Assembly: GCF_004010195.1 (NCBI RefSeq)
Contig: NC_057755.1
Location: forward strand, 4,708,427-4,744,968
DNA length: 36,542 nt
Source of the DNA: Chiloscyllium plagiosum
Taxonomy: Eukaryota
Reading direction: 5' to 3'
Part shown: positions 10,253 through 22,226 of the stretch, in pieces
Layout: each line of letters starts with the position of its first letter
Position numbering within the stretch: the first letter of the stretch is position 1
The notes under the pieces: model-generated
Database searches by the model: none
Seen by the model: the letters and a program-made list of their open reading frames with translations, nothing else
Told to the model about the DNA's origin: nothing
Position numbers and translations under genes: made by a program

Positions 10253-10604
10253 AAATTCTCAACTCTGTATTGTGCGATATTTGTCGGTGATGAACACTCT
10301 ATTGTTATGAACCTCGTCTGCTCGTTGAATCCACGTTTGCATCAGTCAACAAGACAGAACAGGTTTATGAACCAATCTCTTATTTGGAATAGGTGTGCTC
10401 ACACCCCCACGAGACTGCGTGAGGGTGAACAAAACCGGAATGCAACCTGACCCAGAGTAGTACTTCAGTGATCTGCAACCTAAGGTGAAATTTTACATTC
10501 TTCACGTTGTTTCGTTAATTCTTTTGTCACAGTTGAAATTTTCATCTTGAGGACAACAGGGCAATTTCCACCAGGGATCTGAGTGAATATTGATCAATGT
10601 GAGA

Positions 10605-10918
10605 TGCGTTCTGAAGAAGGGCCGCTGGGCTCAAAAATATTAACACTGCTTCTTTCTCCACAGATGCTGCCAGACCTCCTGAATTTTATCAACGCTTTCT
10701 GGTTTTGTTTGTTTCAGATCACCAGAAATTTCTGCCTTTTTTTTTTGCAGAGATTCCGCGATTTTTACTTTGTTTCTTTTAGAGATCCTGCAATGGCTGT
10801 TTGTTACAGATTCCCAGTATCCACAGTACTTTGCTTTATTCCATCCTGCAGTTTCAGCTCTCCTGGGATTTCTGCGTGTTTCAGATAGCCAGCATCACAG
10901 TGCTTGGCTTTATTTTAT
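10605..10918 (+). mobile_element. Degenerate hammerhead-family short element with tandemly expanded tail
   Basis: gttCTGAAGAagggcc…aaaaatattaac followed by 'ctccacagatgctgccagacct…' and several 'tttgtttcagat…cag' units. Confidence 0.55.
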
Positions 10919-11444
10919 CCATTCTCATTCCCGTCCGTAATAGTAAGGCATTTCTGTGCTGTGCCATCCGTGCAGAAACTACACGTTGTGGTTGACTCCT
11001 CCGGCACTCATCACGAGGTAAACAAGATGCACTTTAAAATAAAATAATTAGACTCAAAGCATTGACTTTGTTTCACTCTCCACAGTTGCAGCCCGCGCTG
11101 CTGAGCTTCCCCAGAAATTCTATTTTTGTTACGTATTGAATGTCTGGCCACAGGTTTGCAAAAGTTCTTTCGTCTGCAATGTGCTATCTGTACGTTTTGT
11201 CAACTGAAGCCACGAATGACAGGCACGCCTGAATGAGCTATTTTATTTTGAATTTTATCTCCTGTATGCATTTTGATTTCCAAATCTGCAATATCTGTTC
11301 TTTATTTCCTTAGCCACATAGACCTGCATTTCTGCCTTCATTGGAAGGGGCACTGAGGAGACGTATCGATATGTTATGCTGTGACTTCGTGGGACTTTAA
11401 TTTGACTGCACTTAGAATATTGAAGACGGTTCTGATGGCAACAC

Positions 11445-11745
11445 CACCAGAAGGAAACGGATGCTTTGTAGAGGGTACAGAAACGTTTACTGGAATGTTG
11501 CCTGGTATGGGGGATTTTAACTGTGAAGAAAGATTGGATAGGCTGGGTTTGTTTTCACTGGGATGCAGGGGGTTGAGGGGCTAATGGATAGATGGTTAGA
11601 AGATTGTTAATGGTGTGGACAGAGTGGGAAGTATGAGGCTTTTGTCCAGGCTGGAGGAGTCGAGTTTTAGTATGGAAGGGCAAAAATGTTTCAGAACAGA
11701 CTTGGAGGGCCGAAGGGCCTGTCCCTGTGCTGTATTGTTCTTTGC
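11445..11745 (+). mobile_element. CR1 LINE 3' fragment with internal deletion
   Basis: FTGMLPGMGDFNCEERLDRLGLFSLGCRGLRG, then the tail 'ggagggccgaagggcctgtccctgtgctgtattgttc'. Confidence 0.85.
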
Positions 11746-11974
11746 TCATCATTTATTTTTGAGACTTTGTTTTGAACATGCTCCGTATCTGCACTGCCAG
11801 CAGGGCTATACCCAGCCAGTTTTGTTTTAAAGTTTAAGTACTGACCTTGCAGTAAATATGAGGTTGAGTAAAAGCGATAAAATAGTTGGAATGTGTTCAA
11901 CGGGTCTAATCGGTCATCTTCACGCTGAAATAAAACAAAGAAATTCGCTGCTGAAGATCTGTTTTTAAAAAAAT

Positions 11975-12112
11975 TAGGAATTGGAGAAACCCAGCAGGTC
12001 TGGCAGCATCTGTGGAGAGAGAAAAACAGATCTAACGTTCCAATGACCCTTCTTCGGTTCTGCTATCCTTCCAGAGATGTTGAGTTTGCCCAGCAGTTTC
12101 CGTCTTTGTTTC
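11975..12112. mobile_element. Degenerate fold-back element of the hammerhead family
   Basis: 'cagcaggtctggcagcatctgtggagagagaaaaacagatctaacgttccaatgacccttcttc' followed by a decayed inverted arm. It is homologous to 2686-2850. Confidence 0.55.
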
Positions 12113-13361
12113 TCCATCAAAACAATTAGGCGTGTGTTGGTACAAAGGACACCACAAGAGAGTCGAAAATAATGAAAATACGCTTAAATATTGCCCCAGG
12201 ATGATTAGCATTGCGCATTCGTTATTTAAGAAAACAAATCCCGTTGACACTTCCACCTGAACTGCTTTGGCAAAATGTCGTGCAAGTCTCGGGAAGTTGT
12301 ATAATTGCAACTAAAAAATTAATGTCTTAGTATGCAAGCTTATAATTTTCCGACAATTGTCATACAGTTCAAAAAAAAAATACACATTTGGGAATAGGTG
12401 TAATCGATTAGTCTCAAATCCAGTCAGCCGACTGCAGAATAGTTTTCAAAAAATGCAATCTCTGATGTTTTAGGGGATTGAAATATCAAAACCAGCAATA
12501 TCATTTTGTGAAAAAAATGGAAGTACGGAATTATGACGCACAGGAAGTTAAATAAAATGTTACATTAAGAGCACTCAACTTAATTAACACCCAAAATACA
12601 TATTTCAGAGTTCACTGAAAACTGCTTGTAATTTCACGAACGTGGTTACCAGTCCAGCACATTACACTCTGTATTGCTTAACTGCACAAAATTTATTGTA
12701 GGAAATGATCGCCTCCTAAAATCAATGGAACTCTTTTTTTTTTCTTCACTAAAGGTGAATTTACCGGCCAATATTTGAAACATTGCCAATCTACGGAACA
12801 CAGAAGCTAGACTTGTCATAAACCAACAGTGCCACAAAGTGGAAGGCACTCTGAGATTGAATGAAGGAGTTGTTCCATCATCAGTTGGAAGATACAAGAT
12901 GGGAAAATTGAAAACGCTGGGTGTAAGATTGAATCATTTTTGTTATTAATTTAATCCTACTCAGATAGATGGCTGAGAGAATCGGCAGCTATCCCCAGTG
13001 CGATCATTATGATCAAAGATTTTCTAGCAGTAATGAAGCTCATTAAAACCTCATTAAAATAGTATTTGAAATTCGTTCCATTCATTAGCGATACAAATGC
13101 GGCAGGTATAATTTCAAATATTGCCAACAATGCAGCAAGTATGAGAACAGATATATTTTGTTCATTTCTCAGGCATACTGGTGGTGGGCATCTTTGATGA
13201 GTTTAAATGTTCATTCCCAATGGCCCCTTTGAGAATATCGAGATGGGCTTTCATCTTGGACTTGGACAAACCCAGTGTGAATGATCCCACCAGAAAGTTA
13301 CATGTTCACCTGGTGGTCTTGACCCAGCGGAGATGGAGGACAAATGACAAACATCAGGGGT

Positions 13362-13955
13362 TGGCACAGTGGCTCATTACACTCTGTATTGCTTAACTAC
13401 AGCTGCCTCACAGCACCAGGGTCCCAGGGTCGATTCCAACCTTAGAACATAGAACATAGAAGAATACAGCGCATTACAGGCCCTTTGGCCCTCGATGTTG
13501 CGCCGATCCAAGCCCACCTAACCTACACTAGCCCACTATCCTCCATATGCCTATCCAATGCCCGCTTAAATGCCCATAAAGATGGAGAGTCCACCACTGC
13601 TACTGGCAGGGCATTCCATGAACTCACGACTCGCTGAGTAAAGAACCTACCCCTAACATCTGTCCTATACCTACCCCCCCCCCCCCCCCCTTAATTTAAA
13701 GCTATTGGATGACTGTCTGTGTGGAGTTTGCATGTTCCCCCCCCGTGTCTGCGTGGGTTTCCTCCGGCTGCTCCGGCTTCCTCCCACAGTCCAAAGATGG
13801 GCAGGTCAGGGTAAATCGGTCATTCTAAATTGCCTGTAGTGTTAGATGCATTAGTCAGAGGGAAATGTGTCTGGGTGGGTTACACTTCGGAGGGTCAGTC
13901 TGGACTGGTTGGGCCGAAGGGCCTGTTTACACCCTGTAGGGAATCTAATCTAATC
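13362..13955 (+). mobile_element. HE1-like V-SINE (tRNA head, V domain, CR1-type tail) interrupted by a CR1 fragment
   Basis: Head 'ggcacagtggctca…gctgcctcacagcaccagggtcccagggtcgattcc'. V domain 'gtgtggagtttgcatgttccccccccgtgtctgcgtgggtttcctccgg…ctcccacagtccaaagatg'. Tail 'gggccgaagggcctgttt…aatctaatctaatc'. Confidence 0.85.
13444..13705 (-). mobile_element. CR1 3' fragment nested antisense within the SINE
   Basis: Starts with the (agaacat)n tail. It includes 'gcattccatgaactcacgactcgctgagtaaagaacctacccctaac' (reverse of the RGRFFTQRVVSSWNAL segment). Confidence 0.85.
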
Positions 13956-14217
13956 AAGGATCCTTTGACAGGACCTGAACAAACCTTATTGCCCAGCAGG
14001 TTAGACGAGGATAGACGAGAGCACGTCCAAGTTGTGCTCTGAGTCTCGCACACCATCTCTACTTGGATGTACATCACCATTTAGTTTTAAGCGTAACTGG
14101 CTCGAGATGACGGGAACCCCTTAATAGCCTCACTGTATGTGTGTCCCGACAGCCAAGCACCGCAGCAGTTTTACAAAGGTGTTCACTATCACCATTTGAA
14201 ACGTCTAGGATTCTTAA

Positions 14218-14535
14218 CGGTAAATACTGAGAGGATGTTCCCCCTCACGGGAGAGCCCAGTACCAGAGAGCATAACCTGAGAATTAAAGGGGCACCAATT
14301 TAAAACTGAGAATAAAGAGGAATTTCTTCTCTCCGATACCTATAAGTCTTTCCAACTCCTTGCCACAGAGAGCTGTGGGGATAGAGTCCATACATGTATT
14401 TAAGACCGAGATAGGGTTCATTAAACAGGGGAATTAAAGGGTATGGTGAAAGGGTGGATGTTGGAAGTTTCAGCTCAGCTGCGGCGGAATGGCGGCGCAG
14501 GCTCGAATGACCTCGTCCTGTTCCTGTTTCTATCA
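14218..14535 (+). mobile_element. CR1 LINE 3' fragment
   Basis: 'gagaggatgttccccctcacgggagagcccagtaccagagagcataacctgagaattaaaggggcaccaatttaaaactgagaataaagaggaatttcttctctc' plus a CR1 tail. Confidence 0.8.
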
Positions 14536-16108
14536 ACGCTTTGCTCCGAGAAAACAAATCAAAGTATTTATGTCGTGTTCACGGTAGACTGAGAGGCAGG
14601 TTATTCCTTGGATGGTATCCTGCATTGTTCTGCTCCTCTCTTGTTCGTGGTTTCCTAATTCTTTTTTTTTCCGCAAAACGAGCTTTGGAATTTTCTGATC
14701 GAAAACTAGCTCTTTTCACACGACAAACATTTAGTCCTGTCGGACACTTCATGCTGCGGCCCGAACTTTTTCTGTCAAAAGCTCAGCGCGTATTGCATTT
14801 CTGTTCATTGTCCACAGCATTCTGCTTTCCCACATTTCGCTTTTTTTTTCAGTGCAGTTACCTGGGTTAGCCAGAGATGTCCATACCCATCGAATAATCA
14901 GAGATGTAGTGAAACCTGGGTCGGTAACTGCAGGGCGTCTTGCAAATGCTACTCGGTTGTGTCTCTGTGCACCAGTGGTGAGGGCAGTGAGTTTTGAATT
15001 TAGCTGTTCAGATGCCAATCAAAGCAGGATTAAATATCTGTGTTATGTGCCGAGTGTCTCGCGTGTTGTTGGAGCTGCGCTCATCCAAGAAATTCGAGAG
15101 ACATCCACGACACTTCCTTAGCTGACCTTGTAGATGTTGGACAGGGATTACAGAGAGAGGAAGTGAGCGATTCTGAGCCGCTCTCACCTGCTCTGCCAGG
15201 CATGGTATCTACGGGAATGGTTCAGCCCGGTTGCTTCGTAATGATATTCTCAGGATGTGAAGACTGGCAGACTGGAGGACGGAAATGTTGGGGCTGATGG
15301 GTGAATTGTTTGTTGTTGTCGGAGATCCTCATCTCCCGAGGATTGTGTAATGCGAATTATTGCCTCTTACATGTGACAACAAGTTGGAATCAATGACTCT
15401 TTGGCCAACTCTAACTGGGTCAATAATCGAATCGAATTCAGCGAGTTGCATTTGACTCATTCTCTGTTCAGGGGCTCTTCGACTCACCTCATCCTCACAA
15501 GCAGTTAACTCCTTCTTTGATTGTACTTACTTTCCTCAACCTTACTTTTGTGTCCTTTAGCTTATTCAGATTGGCTTGGGAGTACTGGTAGTACTCTATT
15601 GGTACATATTGAATTGGATGCCAGGATTTCAGAATGCAGTACCTAGAGCAAGGATATTCGGGACACATTGGTGGAGCAGTTTGTCGGTAAGTTTCTGAGT
15701 AATTTGAAGCAAAATAAAATGTTGGAAGGGATGGGAAGATTGGAACCCAATAGATGACATGTTTAATGTCATAATGATATTCAGTTTTCTAATTCCAGGA
15801 AATAACTCCAATATTTTAAGCGCTTTTATGTTTGTTCACAACACACTCCATGTTGGTTTCTCACGTACAGAGAAAATGCCAAAGTTCACCATGGCAAAAA
15901 TGTCCCAAATCATATTGAAATTCAATTCAAAGTTGAAATCTTCAAATTTGTCAAAGTCTTAGTTTCGGGTCCTGTGACTCTGCTTTCTTTCTACCGATGG
16001 CGCCAAACCTGCAGAGTTTCTCCAGCTACCTCTGATCTTGTCTGAGAATTCCAGCATCCACCCGTTCCTCGCGTGTCATTGTGGTATTCTGACTCAGTTA
16101 TCTCCAAG

Positions 16109-16290
16109 AAATAAAGTGAGGGCTGCAGATGCTGGAGATCGGAGCTGAAGATGCGTTGCTGGAAAAGCGCAGCAGGTCAGGCAGCGTCCAAGGAGCAGGA
16201 GAAGGGCTCCTGAAGAAGGGCTCACGCCCGAAACGTCGATTCTCCTGCTCCTCGGATGCTCCTCGTTTTTCCAGCAACACATTTTCAGCT
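16109..16290. mobile_element. Fold-back PLE-derived element with hammerhead core
   Basis: Same family as 8588-8745, with inverted arms. TSD ctcagttatctccaag (16093-16108) and ctcagttacctccaag (16289-16304). Confidence 0.85.
16207..16241 (+). ncRNA. Minimal hammerhead ribozyme motif (core intact, stem I weakened)
   Basis: ctc-CTGAAGA-a-gggc-tcac-gccc-GAA-ACGT-C-gatt. Confidence 0.65.
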
Positions 16291-17087
16291 CAGTTACCTC
16301 CAAGGTCAATCATATCTTCTAAGTGGCACGACTTCACGCGTTTCAATATTTTATTCTGAAAACCCAAACCAAGTCGTTTGTGTCATACTCACAGTGAACT
16401 GAGAAGCAGCTCATTTCCTTACTTAGACCCAACATTGTCCTGACTTCGTGAAGACATTCAGATTCTGTTGGAACATTCTCTGTCAAAGTTTCAGCACTTC
16501 ACACGAATTGTTGCCATTGTCTGCAGCATTGAGCTTTCTCCCAGTTACTTACCACCTGCCCATCTATTTGTGGACAGAGAAAATAACATCTTGCTTCAAG
16601 ACATTTCGTTGGGAGACAGGAGGAAAGATAAAACAAAGAATTGCGGATGCTGAAGAGCTAATCCGAACAAAAACAGACATTTCTGCAGTTCTGAAACAAC
16701 AAAATGCAGAAACTGCTGCACATACGAAAGAAGAAATAAAAATAGAGATCTGATACATCTAAAAACAAAACGTGTTGGTTATTATTGGAGAAATTTGCCC
16801 AATAGATTGGAGATCACAAAACACATCCCGAAGTGAAATTGACAAACACTTTGTTGCAAACGATATCGCTGGAAGAGAAATTGACTGGGCTGACACTGTG
16901 TGTACAGGTAGATCTGATTTCTCATCCCAGGGCTGAGGATGAGACCACTTTATAGTAATGCTGCACAATGAAAATGATTAAGACATGGGAAACTGTAACG
17001 TTTCAGGTAATTGAGTGATTTAGTTACAAGGGTGCTAATTGGAAAACGGCTTAATCGGATGAGCGTCCTGTTCCCTCGCACAGTGCA

Positions 17088-17320
17088 AATAAAAACAAAA
17101 TTGGCTGGAAATATGAAAAAAAAAATTGAATTTGCTGCAGGGATCTGAAAGAAATAAAGACGGAAATTGCTGGAAATCTGAAACAAAGAGAAAGCAGAAA
17201 TCCGACACAAACCAAAAGCAGGTATCGCTGCAGATCTGAAGCAAAAGCAGAGTTTGCTGAAGAGAGTCAGCTGTCACCAAACTTGCTGCGTTTCTCCAGA
17301 AATTTCCTTTTCTTATTTGT
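17088..17320. repeat. Degenerate ~30-bp tandem units derived from the tail of the hammerhead-family element
   Basis: Repeated 'aaa(c/a)(a/g)gaaattgctg(g/c)a(a/g)atctgaaa' units. Similar arrays occur at 16620-16755 and, inverted, at 10700-10918. Confidence 0.55.
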
Positions 17321-18146
17321 TGAGGTGGGTTGCAACCGAGTCAAAGTTAGGAAATAAATTGGAAAGGATAACCCGTAGTTTTAGACACTTGCAATCATTG
17401 TGAACGCGTCTGGTGAAGTGAAGTTGACATGCTGGCTTTCCATTCCAGGTTATGTTCTGCGGGTGCTTCGCATATACCCTGGAAACAGTATCAATTGCAT
17501 GCCTTGTAAGTACACCTTATCCTCGAGCTCTGGCATCTAAACGTTTTCAACGTGACCATTACTGCGCTAAGGTTCAAGCGTTTTGTTTTTTAGTGAGGCG
17601 ATAAATTCGAATGGGCAGACAACCTCCACACTGAACTGTTCAGCTGCACTAAAGCAAAACATGATAAAAGCAGGAAAAAGTTAGGGACTGAACTGCCTGC
17701 ATTCCTTTACTCCTCAGCGTTTTGTATCAACTCAAGGGCAGAATGCTAAACTAGGTTGCTGATGTCTTGAATTCATGTGGAACTTTGCTACTTTTGCAAT
17801 AATATAAAAGAAAGGATTGCAGATGCTGGGCGTCAAAAAAACAAAACACACACGCTCCAGGAAACAGAGGGTGTTGGAGAAGGCTTTTTCTTTAACTATA
17901 CGCAGTAGGAGAGCGGTTCAGTTTCGAGCAATGCTCTCTCTTAGTGCTGGGGGGGTCGGTTTCGAATTTATCTCAGAGGACTGCCCATGTAGAGCTTGCA
18001 CATTCGACACGTGTCTGCGTCGTCGGGTTCCACTCAGACCAACGACGTGCAGGCTAAGCCGATTAAACATGGGAAATGTGGGGCTCTCGAATGCTGTTTG
18101 GAAGGTCAGTGCAAAGTTGATGGGGACTACTAGACTCTGATTGAAG

Positions 18147-18395
18147 TGGCACAGTGTCTGGCACTACTATCTCACAGTGCTAGGGATCCAGGTTCGATTT
18201 CAATCCCGATTTTTGTAGATATTCTCCCTGTACCTGCGTTGGAAATATGATGGACGCAGGTTCAATTGGGGCAGAGAAAGGGGGCACTGAATTAGTATTT
18301 GGATGTGGAGAGATAAAGGTTGGAAAGATAGGGGTGATGGAACTATGCAGGCACAATGCGCCAAATGGTCTCTCTCTCTGCACCATAATTTTGTC
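18147..18395 (+). mobile_element. Degenerate V-SINE
   Basis: 'tggcacagtgtctggcactactatctcacagtgctagggatccaggttcgattt…attctccctgtacctgcgt' matches the SINE head and start of the V domain. Confidence 0.6.
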
Positions 18396-19231
18396 AAAAG
18401 CTCCCTCCAGAAATAATGCAAACTTTCCTATTGCAATAGTGGCCAACTCTCTGGCTAGTCTCATTATTTTCACTTGAAGAGCCAATGTCATGTTACGGTT
18501 GTCACGGCGACTAGATATACAAATAGATTTTTTGCTTACTTTTTAAGGTGGTGGTGAACATGATCAGTGTCTCCATAGTGATGGTTGATGCATTAATTAT
18601 CACTTTGGAGTTATTTTCGTGGAATCAAAGCATTGACTGTGACTCTGCAGTTATCAAATTTCCTTGTACAGCTAAAGTAAGTACAGAAAAGCATTATGCT
18701 AAAACACACACACCTACTTTCATTGGCTTTATTTTGCATGAACCTCCAAAGAATGAATGCAACAGAAGCAATTCCTTCCAATGTTTCTAAATTGCACGAA
18801 CTTTATTCGACTTAACCATCTTGTTCGGCCTGTTTGGCACTGCATATGTGACGTTTCAGAGCTCACTCCCTTCACTATTCATGCACAGGGGCAGCACTGT
18901 CTCACAGCGAGAAGATGCAGCGAAGCAGCTCACCAACGCTGCAAGGGGAACACATTCCAAGCGCACACGTTTATACAACCTTGAAGAGCAAAGGCAGTAG
19001 ATTCATGATCACCAGCGCTCACACACTCCCCACCAGGATATTCACACTTGGAGAAAGAATGGGTGGCCTTCTTACATGTTTAGTCACAGTGCAGGAGTAT
19101 CATAGGTCCTAAAAGAGGTATATCCTTATTTAAAATGTGTTCAGGGGGACATGAAAATAGATGCAAATTTGAAGATTTTTTTTTTCATTTGCAGTATCGT
19201 GTTTTAACTTCATGGGGTTAAGTGCAATATC

Positions 19232-19797
19232 CTCTCCCATGGGGGGCAGCTGTTGGCTAACTACCTTACCTGTGCATCTTATGACTTTATAGACCTTCAT
19301 AAGTTCGTCCCCACTCCCGAGTGTCCCACGCTCCAGAGAACAAAGTCCCAACCTATCAAACTGCTCCTTCAAGCACATTTCCAGTGCAGATAGCATCCCA
19401 CTAAAACTTTTCAGATTTTCTGTATTTTATTATATTCTTTCTATATTAGAGTGAAGAGAACTGCACTCAGCACTCCAAATGTGGCCTTACCACTAGGGAA
19501 GTTGAAAACCAGAGGGCATAGGTTTAAGATGAGAGTGTAGAGACATGAAAGTATCCAGAGGGGCAATTTATTCACACAGAAAGTGATGGTTGTTTGGAAC
19601 GGGATGTCACCGGTAATGATGGAGGCAAAAACAATTTTCTCATTTAAGCAACTTTTGAACAGGTGCATGGAAGAGATAGGTATGAAGAGATAGAGGAAAA
19701 TGCAAATAAATGGGACTCGATTCATTGTGAAAGCTGGGCAACTTTGACAAGTTGGGTCGAAGATCCTGTTTCAATGCTGTAAACCTCTATAACTCTG
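19232..19797. mobile_element. CR1 3' fragment with 5' inversion (19232-19490 minus, 19491-19797 plus)
   Basis: The minus part encodes …FDRLGLCSLERGTL…LMKVYKVIRCTGKVVSQQLPPMGE. The plus part begins at GKLKTRGHRFKMR and runs to the tail 'aacctctataactct'. Confidence 0.8.
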
Positions 19798-21049
19798 TCA
19801 TGCACTTCCACTGCCTATCACTATTCCCTCGCTGTCGAGGGATCACATTCCTGCAACTGTCTCTTAACTGTTGTATCTTGATACAGTTCAGAAAAAAATG
19901 TTCAGAAGCAGTTCACAAAAATCTTCTGTAGAGTAATGAGGGATGGGCATTATAAATCTGACCAGGTCAGTGGCTCTCATACCACCAGATGTAACTTAAA
20001 TTTGACTCCTTACGAATTTTCAGAATGTTTTTGGTTTCTTTTGTAAGTAAATCAATTAACGTATTTTACAGTGAGGTTCTATGCAGAGATGGTTAAAAGA
20101 AACAAGAATATAGTTGCTGTGGGGGTTAGTCAGAGTGCTTCAACACAATTAGAAAATAGACACCCATTCAACGGGTGCAATCTTCTACCCAAGTACTGTC
20201 CATCTTCCTTCCTTCCCTTGTCTATTCATTCTTAATTCGAAATTTGAAAGCCCAGTCATTCGGAGAAAATGATGTAATTGTAGTTAGGGCAGCAGAAAAT
20301 AATGGGGGGGACACAACCGATGAAAATCAGAATTATGCTCAGTCATCTTCATTTTACAGATTTGACTGTAGGCTCTGGTACTCGCGTTGGGTTCATTTTC
20401 CTCTTCCATTTTGCTAAAAGATTGGGTGTTGCAATGCATATTTCTCAGAAACCTCAGACTGCCCTAACAACGTTCTTACCACTGATATCCAGGCACCGCT
20501 TTGGGTGATCTTTTTCACCCCATGGTTACTCGCCATATTGGAAGTATCAGCATCGATCGCTGTTTCGTTTCTGGGATGTAAGGAACGGCACAACTCTGAA
20601 ACCCGAGTCAACAAGGTCAGTCATCAAATGGATACTATTAATAGCATCAAATGGTTGCTCAATTGGCAATATAGCAAAATGCGAACAATATGGGTTGAAT
20701 TCCTGCATCAGCTAAGTTGCAAACAAAGGGCTTTGCTTCTCAACCTCTCAGCTGGCCTGATGCTACGTGACCATTAGATTAAGCTTCCACCAGTCTCCTC
20801 TCGTAAGACAGTAACCCTATGGCCTGGCAGCGCCATGGTGACTTTGTGGTTGAACCAAAGAGAATTAAAGTATTTGGATTGTATGGTGTGCAAATAACGA
20901 TTCAAAAAACTTGTAGAAGGAATAAGTCAGCGTCCTCATTCGGGTTTATTTGAAATTAGATTACATTCAGTGTATATTGTTTGAAGGGATAGCTATTTTT
21001 TTGCTGTGAATTCGGTTGGAAATGCAACAGTGGATTCCTTGAGACCAGG

Positions 21050-21789
21050 CAGAGGTGGGTATTGCAGATTAGAGTCAAGATTAGAATAGTGCTGGAGAGA
21101 CACAGCAAGTCAGACAGCATCCGAGGGACAGGAAAATCGACGTTTTGGGCAAAATCCCTTCATCAGGAATGAGGCTGGGAGCTTCAGGTGTGGAATGATA
21201 AATGGGAGGGAGTGGCGCTGGGGAGAAGGTAGCTGAGAATGCAATAGGTGAATGGAGGTGGTGGTGAAGGTGATAGGATGGAGAGGAGGGTGGGTGGACA
21301 TTTGGGAAGGATGATTAACATGTGCGACAGCTCATGAGGACGGTGCCGAGCTGGAATATTGGAAATGGGGTAAGTTGAGGGTCAGGGAATTAGGAAACTG
21401 TTGAAGTTCACAATGATACCATGGCATCAACCTATGGGCTTCAACACCATAGCAGCAATATGGACTTCACCAGTTTCCTCATTTCATCTCCCCCACCTTA
21501 CCCCCGTTCCAACCCACCAGCTCAGCACCATCCTATTACCGGTCCCACCTGTCAATCCGCTTTCTCACCTATCCACTCCAACCTCCTCAATGACCTATCA
21601 CCTTCACCCCCACCTCCATCCACCTATTGAACTCTCAACTACCTTCTCCCCAGCTCCACCCTCTTCCATTTACCCCGACGCTGCAGCCTCAATCCTGATG
21701 AAGGGCTTTTGCACGAAACATCGATTTTCCTGCTCCTCGGATGCTGCCTGACCTGCTGTGCTTTTCCAGCACCACTCTAATCTTGATTC
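21050..21789. mobile_element. Large fold-back PLE 3' end (inverted pseudo-LTR, ~350-bp arms), each arm with a decayed hammerhead
   Basis: 21072-21425 and ~21445-21789 are diverged inverted copies. Hammerhead motifs lie at 21135-21170 (minus) and 21691-21726 (plus). TSD-like gattccttgagaccag (21033-21048) and gattccttgtgatcag (21785-21800). Confidence 0.85.
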
Positions 21790-22226
21790 CTTGTGATCAG
21801 CTGAGATTTGTTTTTTTTTTTCATTTAATGTCCTTAGACTTGAGCACAAATAGTTTGGCTTAAATTCGAGCAGAGGACCGATGGAGTTTGAAATTGAGAT
21901 CTGATCAGCTCATGATCTGGACAGGCAGGATACATAACAGCGTGCTATTGACATATTGATAGCTTCTGATGTTCCTTTTAACAATATGAATGCTCAGTTA
22001 AATTGAACACCAATTTTGATATTTCCAAATATTTTGGAACCACATCTTCCGCACTCCGGATTTTGCAGCACGTGCACATTTTGTGAGTGACTTTTCTTTT
22101 TTCACAAAAGCACTTACTGATATTCAAACAGGGCAGATCTGATTGTCCATTCCCCTGAATGACTGGAATGCAAAATGTTACAATGTTCTTCAGATTCTTT
22201 GTCACTCGGAACTTCATTCATTGCCT

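Noticed and set aside
13362..13440. tRNA-like sequences (also 18147-18200, 22227-22296, 34450-34520)
   Set aside because: These are SINE heads followed by SINE bodies. No complete cloverleaf is present, so they are not called as tRNA genes.
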